Source: an uncultured Gammaproteobacteria bacterium
GTDB lineage: Bacteria; Pseudomonadota; Gammaproteobacteria; JAKDMP01
Direction of reading: 5' to 3'
Assembly (NCBI GenBank): GCA_963843735.1
Contig: CAWJLN010000009.1
Location: forward strand, 398,574-462,573
Length of the DNA stretch: 64,000 bases
Part shown: positions 57,857-64,000 of the stretch, piece after piece
Layout of the letters: each line of letters starts with the position of its first letter
Position numbering within the stretch: position 1 is the first letter of the stretch
Program-made: the position numbers and the translations under genes
The notes under the pieces: generated by a model
What the model saw: only the letters and a program-made list of their open reading frames with translations
What the model was told of the DNA's origin: nothing
Database searches by the model: none

Positions 57857-58861
57857 TCAGAAGGGCGGCATGCGTTCGAGGCAATAGACGGCGAAGGTCG
57901 GCAGCCAGTGGCTTGCGCCGTAGTCTTCGCGCCGCGCCGCGGGCAAACCGATTTCGGCATGCGCTGCGGCCGCCGCGCACAAGGCCGCGCTGCGCAAATC
58001 CCCGGCGGGAAGCCGGGCGGCCATGCCGGCCAGCATCCAGGCCCGGCTGAGGTTCAGTCCCGCGAGATGCGCGAGCTTGTAATCTTCGGATGCGGGCACG
58101 ATGGCCGGCGCAAACCATGCGTCTTCGGCGGCGGCGGGAATCCTGGGCAGGAAGCCCGCAAGCCAGTTGGCGAATGCCTCGGGCGCTAAAACACGTCCCA
58201 TCAGCTCGGCCTCGGCAAGTACGGGCGAGAGGAAATCCTGTCCCGACGGTTCGAAGGCGAGCGCCGCATTGCGATCTTCTGCATAGAAACGTTCGGCGGC
58301 CGTGCCGATTGCTTCGGCAATATCCTGGCGCGAATTCGTCACCGCCCAATCGTGTATCAGTCCCAGTGCGAAGGCGGTGTTGGCGTGTTCGCCGGAACGT
58401 ACCGGGTAAGGCAGCGCCGCCAGCCAGGGCGCAATACGTCCTGCAATCCATTCTCTAAGCGGCGCAAGTGTCCGGCGCAACGCCGGCCACGGCGAAAGCG
58501 CGTCATCGAGTGCAAGCAGCCAGGCCCAACCGTAGGGCCGCTCGAAGCCCTCGCGTCCGGGCGCGGCGAAGTACGCGCACTCGGCGGCGATATTTTGGGA
58601 ATTCAGATGCCGTTCGAGAAGGGCTCGCACAGCGGGGGCGAAGTCAGCCTCCGGGAAATGGCGGAGGAGCCGAGCGAGCAGCCAGTGGTTATGCACCGCC
58701 GAATGCCAATCGAGCGCGCCATAAAATGCCGGGTGCAGGGCGCGCGGCGTACGCGCATCGTCCGCGCCGTTCAAAAAATGCGTCAGATGATTTGGATACT
58801 CGCGTGCGAGCGTCGCGCAGGCAATTCTTGCAAGCTGCGCCGCCAGCGCCTCATCCAGCAT
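57857..58861 (-). CDS. DUF2891 family protein
   Basis: Start ATG 58861; REYPN, HPAFYGALDWHSAVH, FERPYGWAW, GEHANTAF, HLAGLNLSRAW, SHWLPTFA. Confidence 0.85.
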   Translation of the reverse strand: MLDEALAAQLARIACATLAREYPNHLTHFLNGADDARTPRALHPAFYGALDWHSAVHNHWLLARLLRHFPEADFAPAVRALLERHLNSQNIAAECAYFAAPGREGFERPYGWAWLLALDDALSPWPALRRTLAPLREWIAGRIAPWLAALPYPVRSGEHANTAFALGLIHDWAVTNSRQDIAEAIGTAAERFYAEDRNAALAFEPSGQDFLSPVLAEAELMGRVLAPEAFANWLAGFLPRIPAAAEDAWFAPAIVPASEDYKLAHLAGLNLSRAWMLAGMAARLPAGDLRSAALCAAAAAHAEIGLPAARREDYGASHWLPTFAVYCLERMPPF

Positions 58862-59414
58862 CGCCGCCGCTCGTGAACAGCGGCAGATGCCCGAGTGCGA
58901 TGACATCCTTCCAGGTGTCGGCATCGCCTTCCGTGCAGATCGCTGCCTCGGCCACGATGGTGCCGCCGGCGAGCTCGATCACGCCGCGCGCGCCGTTCAG
59001 CGTGGAGCCGGTGCTCACCACATCGTCCACCAGCGCGATGCGTGCGTTTTCGAGCAGCACACGATCCTTTTCATCGAGATAAAGTGTCTGTTCCGTGCCG
59101 GTGGTGATCGAAAGCGTCGTCGCCGAAATCACCTCGCCCATGTAGGACTTGTAGCTTTTGCGCAGCACCACGTAGGGGAGGTTCATGTGGCGGGCGAGCG
59201 CGTAGGCGAGCGGAATGCTCTTTGCCTCGGGTGTCACCAGCACCTCGGGCGCGACATCGGCGAGGCGCGCCGCGAGTTCGCGTGCAGCGGTTTCCACCAG
59301 TTCCACGTCGCCGAGAATGTTCAGCACCGCAATCGAAAGTCCCGGCTTGACCTCGAACAGCGGCAGTTCGCGGCGCAGCCCGCCGATGGCGAGCGTGTGG
59401 CTGGCGGGTTTCAT
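58851..59414 (-). CDS. Type I phosphoribosyltransferase (adenine PRTase-like)
   Basis: PRPP-binding loop IALVDDVVSTGST. Confidence 0.88.
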   Translation of the reverse strand: MKPASHTLAIGGLRRELPLFEVKPGLSIAVLNILGDVELVETAARELAARLADVAPEVLVTPEAKSIPLAYALARHMNLPYVVLRKSYKSYMGEVISATTLSITTGTEQTLYLDEKDRVLLENARIALVDDVVSTGSTLNGARGVIELAGGTIVAEAAICTEGDADTWKDVIALGHLPLFTSGGDAG

Positions 59415-59475
59415 ACGTGGTTACTCCTGATCGGGAAAGTCTGGATGGCGTCCGCAACATTCTGACACGGACGGC

Positions 59476-60477
59476 TCAGGGGCGAATGCGTACCAGGGTG
59501 CGGCCGGGCGGCGCGCGTCGTTCGAGCATCGGCACGACGGCATCCATGACGGCGGCGAGCGCGACTTCCTGCGCGCCGATGTCGTTCAGCGCCGCGGGCA
59601 GGAGGTCGGCCGCGAGTCGTTGCCAGATCGTTTCGCGCAGCGCCCGCGGGGTTGCCATCGAATTGATGCCGAGCAGATTGACGCCGCGCAATATAAAGGG
59701 ATATACGCTGGTCTTGAAGTCCGCGCCGCCGGCGTTGCCGATTGCGGCGACGTTTCCCCACCAGTCAACGACGGGCAGGAGGCGCGCGAGCAACTCGCCG
59801 CCGACCGTGTCCACGACGCCCGCATAGCGCGCGCTTTCGAGCGGCCTGGTGCCGAAGTCCGCGCCGCGCGGATCGAGCACTTCGGCGGCGCCCAGGGCTT
59901 CGAGCCAGGGTTTCGCTTGCGCCTTCGCGCTCATCGCGACGACTCGGTAACCGCGTCCCGCGAGCATGGCGACGGCGAGACTGCCGACGCCGCCGCTCGC
60001 GCCGGTCACCGCAACCGGACCGTCGCCCGCGTGCTGGCCGTTTGTCTCCATGCGGTGGATGGCGAGCGCCGCCGTGAAGCCTGCGGTGCCGAGCTGCATC
60101 GCGGAGCGCGTATCGAGTCCGGCGGGAATCGGGATCACGTATTCGCCGTCCACGCGCACGTAGTCGGCGAATCCGCCGTCGGTTTTCTCGCCGAGTCCGC
60201 AGCCGGTGACGAGTACGGGCGCGCCCGGCTTGTAGCGCGCGTCCTCGCTCGCCTCGACGCGCCCGGCGACGTCAATCCCCGCGACCAAAGGGAAGCGGCG
60301 CATGATCTTGCCCCGGCCCGACAGCGCGAGCGCGTCCTTGTAATTGAGTCCGGAGTATTCGGCATGGATCGTGACCGAGCCCGGCGCGAGATCAGCGAGC
60401 GCGAGTTTCTCCAAGCGCGCCTCAATCGTGTCGCCGTCGCGGTGCACGCGCCAGGCCGGGAAACGTGCTGCGTTCAT
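59476..60477 (-). CDS. MDR family oxidoreductase (YhdH/AcuI-like)
   Basis: YSGLNYKDAL, GIDVAG, LGTAGFTAAL, VTGASGGVGS, FILRGVNLLGI. Confidence 0.92.
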   Translation of the reverse strand: MNAARFPAWRVHRDGDTIEARLEKLALADLAPGSVTIHAEYSGLNYKDALALSGRGKIMRRFPLVAGIDVAGRVEASEDARYKPGAPVLVTGCGLGEKTDGGFADYVRVDGEYVIPIPAGLDTRSAMQLGTAGFTAALAIHRMETNGQHAGDGPVAVTGASGGVGSLAVAMLAGRGYRVVAMSAKAQAKPWLEALGAAEVLDPRGADFGTRPLESARYAGVVDTVGGELLARLLPVVDWWGNVAAIGNAGGADFKTSVYPFILRGVNLLGINSMATPRALRETIWQRLAADLLPAALNDIGAQEVALAAVMDAVVPMLERRAPPGRTLVRIRP

Positions 60478-61442
60478 GCCGAGACGCTCTTGCGGGCGAG
60501 TCGTTCGCGCCAGGTGAGGAGTCCCGCGGCGTTCAGGTTCAGGTCCATTTCCAGCCAGGTCTCGCGCGTTGCCGGATCAATTTGTGTGCCGTGGGCGATC
60601 AGTCTGCCGGCGAGATAATCGTGCAGCGCCTGACGCACCTTCTGCTGCGCACCTTTCACACTCTCGTGCGCCTCGGCAATCTCGACGTAACGCTCGATGC
60701 ATTCGTGCAGGTCCGCCGCCAGGCGTTCAATCTCCGTCACCTCGCTGTAATGGGTGAGATAGACGGCGCGCGGCGCGAGTGCCGCGATGCGCTCGACCGA
60801 GGCGTGCATCTGTTCGGGGTCGAACTGGGTTGGCGTGGTGGTGGGGAATATGAAGGCCTCGCCATGCGGGTTGTCGAACACGCGGTAGGAAATGCCGAAG
60901 ATATCGCCCGCGAAAACTGCCTCGGCTGTCTCGTCGTGAATCGCGACGTGATGCAGCGCATGACCCGGCGTGTACAGAAAGCGGAACGACGAGCGTCCGA
61001 GCGCAATCGTTTCTCCGTCTTCCACGCTGCGCGTGCGCTCGACGGGGATCGGCACCAGTTCGCCGTAGAGTTTCTCGTACACCTTGTCGCCGTAGGTCGC
61101 GCGCGTGCCCGCTTCGAGTTTTTCGGTATCGAAAAGATGCACTGCGCCGCGCGGATGCACTACCGCGGTCGCATTAGGCAATTCGCGCATCAGTGCGCCG
61201 GCGCCGCCCGCGTGATCGAGATGAATATGCGTGAGGAAGACGTAATCCACCGCCTCGCGCGCCACGCCCAGTTCGTCGAGCGCGGCGAGCAGTCCCGGCA
61301 CGGAATGGTTGGTGCCGGTATCCACAAAAGCGGCGCGCCCGTCGCGCAGGACGAGATGGCTCGCGTCGAGACGCGGGCGCACGTAATCGGTATCAATCGC
61401 GTGGATGCCGTGGGCGTAGCGGTCTATGGCGGGAGTCGGCAT
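60474..61442 (-). CDS. MBL-fold metallo-hydrolase
   Basis: THIHLDHAGG, TPGHALHH, FAGD, LTHY. Confidence 0.93.
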   Translation of the reverse strand: MPTPAIDRYAHGIHAIDTDYVRPRLDASHLVLRDGRAAFVDTGTNHSVPGLLAALDELGVAREAVDYVFLTHIHLDHAGGAGALMRELPNATAVVHPRGAVHLFDTEKLEAGTRATYGDKVYEKLYGELVPIPVERTRSVEDGETIALGRSSFRFLYTPGHALHHVAIHDETAEAVFAGDIFGISYRVFDNPHGEAFIFPTTTPTQFDPEQMHASVERIAALAPRAVYLTHYSEVTEIERLAADLHECIERYVEIAEAHESVKGAQQKVRQALHDYLAGRLIAHGTQIDPATRETWLEMDLNLNAAGLLTWRERLARKSVSA

Positions 61443-61546
61443 GAGCCTTTCGGTGAGCGCATTCCCCGATTGTACACCGCCTTATTGACACCGTCGCCCG
61501 AGAGGGGTATTGTCGCAATCGCCACACCGACACAGGGAGAATCGTC

Positions 61547-62995
61547 ATGGGGCGTCGGATCGGGATCGGAATTTTTGCCGTCATCATCATTATCGTAGCG
61601 GCCGCGGCGGTCGCGCCGTATTTCGTCGGTCGCGCTGCCGAATCCAATTTCAAGGCTGAGGTGGCATATGCCAATGCACGTTATCCCAACGTGGTCGTGC
61701 ATGTGGATTCCTACCACCGCGGCTTCTACAGTTCCGAGGCCGATCTGTCGTTCGCCGCCGGCGAAGGCGCGACGGGCGACACGGCGGAGCGTGTCTGGCA
61801 GCTGCTGTTCGGCAGCGGCATGTCGGCGACCAAGATTCATCTGCGCATCAATCACGGCCCGATTCCGTTCGCAGCCTTCGGCGACGGCCACGTAAGCTTC
61901 ATGCCGGTGCTCTACAGCGCCGATTTCCGCGGCGAGTCCGCGTCCTCGCTGTCGCTGATTGCGGTTCTCAAACCCGATGCCTATGTCGTGCAGTCCTTTA
62001 CCGGCAGCACCGACACAACGCTCACCATCCCGCCCGGAAAATTCAACCTCGGACCGCTCACGACGACCTGGCAGGGCGGCCGCTTCAGCGATTCGCTCAA
62101 CTCCGCGCACGACCGCATGCACTACAGCGGCGAAATCAAAGCGTTCGGTTTCCGTTACCAGGATGCCAAGACGGGCAAGAATTACGGCGGCAGCTTCAAA
62201 GGCTTCGACATGTCCGGCACCAAATCGCAGGCTGGCCACGGCTTCTGGACGGGCGAGGATCGGGTCACTTCGAAGGGCGCGCAATTCGATCAGGGCAACA
62301 AACCCACCGTGACGCTTGCCGGCTCGGACTATCGCGGCGGCACCAGCGAAACGCCCGACGGGAAATGGCTTTCCGCCTCCGGGCAATGGCAACAGCAGGG
62401 TGGCCAAGTGCTCGGCTGGAGCTGGTCGAGTCTCGACATCCAGGGATCGCTCGGCAAAATCGATGCCGCCGGTCTGCATCGGGCGATGGAGGAACTGCGG
62501 GCGGCGCAGCAACGCGGCGAGAAGGTGTCGGAAAGCAGTTCGCTTGCGCTCCTCTATTCGGCCCTGCCCAAGGCGATCAAGCCCGAGACGCAAGGCAATC
62601 TGAAGCTCGTGTTGGACGCGCCCGACGGCAACGTCAATATCAATCTTTCCGGCGGCTTCGATGCGCCGCTGCCGGCCGCTGCCGCGGCGAGCGCCGGATC
62701 GAGCGGCGCGGCGCTTCTCGCGCAACGCGCGGACTGGCATCTGACGGTGGACTTCGACCGCAAACTGGTGGACGGCTTCAGCACCCAGATTCTCGGCGGC
62801 GCTCCCGCCGCGCAGTCCGTTGATCAGACGATTGCGCAGTGGCAAAAGCAAGGCTACCTGCAAGCGGATGCCGACGGTGGGCGCTATCACAGCGATATCG
62901 TCTATCGTGCGGATGTCCTCACAATCAACGGCCACGCCGTCAACAAAGGAAGCGATGAAACGCAAGCCGCGCCCAGCCCCGGAAGCTCGGATTAA
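61547..62995 (+). CDS. DUF945 (YdgA-like) family protein
   Basis: N-terminal anchor, APYFVG, YHRGFYSSEA, INHGPIP, C-terminal LTINGH. Confidence 0.75.
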   Translation: MGRRIGIGIFAVIIIIVAAAAVAPYFVGRAAESNFKAEVAYANARYPNVVVHVDSYHRGFYSSEADLSFAAGEGATGDTAERVWQLLFGSGMSATKIHLRINHGPIPFAAFGDGHVSFMPVLYSADFRGESASSLSLIAVLKPDAYVVQSFTGSTDTTLTIPPGKFNLGPLTTTWQGGRFSDSLNSAHDRMHYSGEIKAFGFRYQDAKTGKNYGGSFKGFDMSGTKSQAGHGFWTGEDRVTSKGAQFDQGNKPTVTLAGSDYRGGTSETPDGKWLSASGQWQQQGGQVLGWSWSSLDIQGSLGKIDAAGLHRAMEELRAAQQRGEKVSESSSLALLYSALPKAIKPETQGNLKLVLDAPDGNVNINLSGGFDAPLPAAAAASAGSSGAALLAQRADWHLTVDFDRKLVDGFSTQILGGAPAAQSVDQTIAQWQKQGYLQADADGGRYHSDIVYRADVLTINGHAVNKGSDETQAAPSPGSSD

Positions 62996-63022
62996 TCCGG
63001 AGCCTCCTCATATGCAGCGCGG

Positions 63023-64000
63023 CTAGCGTTCTGCGGACAGTCGCGACAATGCTTGGAGTTTTTCGGCCTCGCCGGCGGCGTGTTTGCTGTGATCGCGCGC
63101 GAGATAGAGATACATGACGGGCACGATGTAGAGCGAGAACAGAGCGCCGATCCCGAGACCGGTCGCGATCACCAGGCCGAGCTGATGCCGGGAAGGCGCG
63201 CCGGCACCGCTCGCGGCGATCAGCGGCACGACACCGAACACCATGGAAAGCGTGGTCATCAGGATCGGGCGCAGGCGCACCGAAGCCGCCTTTTCCACCG
63301 CTTCGAGTTTGGTGAGGCCCTCGGTCTCCTGAATCTGGTTGGCGAACTGCACTACCAGAATGCCTTGTTTGGTGATCAGCCCGAGCAGCGTGATGAGCGC
63401 GATTTCGGTGTAGATGTTGAGCGTCGCGAAGCCGAGGCTCATGAAGATGAGTGCGCCGGCCACCGACATCGGAATGGTGAGCATCACGATCAGCGAATCG
63501 CGGAAGCTGTTGAATTGCGCCGACATCAGGAGATAGATGAGGATGAGGGCGAGCACGATCGCGAAAAGAAATGTGTTGCCCTGCTTTTCGAACTGGCGCG
63601 AATCGCCGGCGTAATCCACGTCGTAGCCCTTGGGCGCGATTTGCTCGGTAATCTGCTGCAGGTAGGCGAGGGCTTCGCCCTGGGAAACGCCCGGCGCCGG
63701 CATGCCGAGCAGGGTCGCGCTGTTGATGCGGTTGAACTGGGGCAGCGATTCGGGGATGGTGCGGGTTTCGAAGTGCACCAACGTGGATAGCGGAATCAGG
63801 CTGCCGTCGGCGGCGCGCACATGGTATTGGGCGAGATTGGCGAGGTTGCCGCGGAAGGTGTCCGGTGCCTGGGGAATGACCTCATAGGCGTAGGCCTGCA
63901 TCGTGAAGTGATTGACCCAGCCGCCGGAAAGGAGCGGCTGCAGGGCCGCGCCGATCTGATCCATGGTGATGCCGAGGCTGCCGGCGAGCCGACGGTCAAC
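63023..64000 (-). CDS. RND efflux transporter permease, C-terminal part (5' end outside window)
   Basis: AQFNSF, GLITKQGILVVQFA, RLRPILMTT, LVIATG..LYIVP. Confidence 0.93.
   Translation of the reverse strand, partial: VDRRLAGSLGITMDQIGAALQPLLSGGWVNHFTMQAYAYEVIPQAPDTFRGNLANLAQYHVRAADGSLIPLSTLVHFETRTIPESLPQFNRINSATLLGMPAPGVSQGEALAYLQQITEQIAPKGYDVDYAGDSRQFEKQGNTFLFAIVLALILIYLLMSAQFNSFRDSLIVMLTIPMSVAGALIFMSLGFATLNIYTEIALITLLGLITKQGILVVQFANQIQETEGLTKLEAVEKAASVRLRPILMTTLSMVFGVVPLIAASGAGAPSRHQLGLVIATGLGIGALFSLYIVPVMYLYLARDHSKHAAGEAEKLQALSRLSAER

Noticed and set aside
1-64000. CRISPR array, rRNA or integrase/prophage genes
   Set aside because: No regularly spaced repeat-spacer array, rRNA-like stretch or tyrosine/serine integrase motifs were seen

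Overview
High-GC bacterial chromosome segment, probably from a gammaproteobacterium (inferred from the GTAG-type REPs, purT, fumC, DUF945 and a Cpx-like module). Housekeeping and envelope genes (ppc, ggt, mnmG, purT, fumC, an OmpR-family two-component system, part of an RND transporter) and a cluster of secreted peptidases (three S10, one S9) alternate with visibly AT-richer accessory inserts. Two inserts look like anti-phage defence modules. The first (36.9-40.4 kb) is an overlapping two-gene operon: a dGTP triphosphohydrolase, split by a clean IS5 insertion but reconstructing to an intact 456-aa frame, followed by a stand-alone class II (CCA/poly(A)-polymerase-like) nucleotidyltransferase with an atypical specificity motif. 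This is the best candidate for an undescribed system. The second (9.9-15.9 kb) is a giant SF1 helicase-Vsr/DUF559-like nuclease followed by a DUF3644 protein with a HEPN RxxxxH motif. The 26-40 kb region is an IS hotspot (IS3, two identical IS256, IS200, IS5) and carries a lipoprotein with a GH64-like domain. The window also holds a P1B-5 ATPase-hemerythrin and a ParE-like toxin, each with one nonsense codon, a 271-bp MITE-like element, REPs, and several indel-riddled genes (purT, a GFA gene) that may be consensus errors. No rRNA, intact tRNA or CRISPR array was found. All family calls come from motif recognition by eye; no database searches were run.
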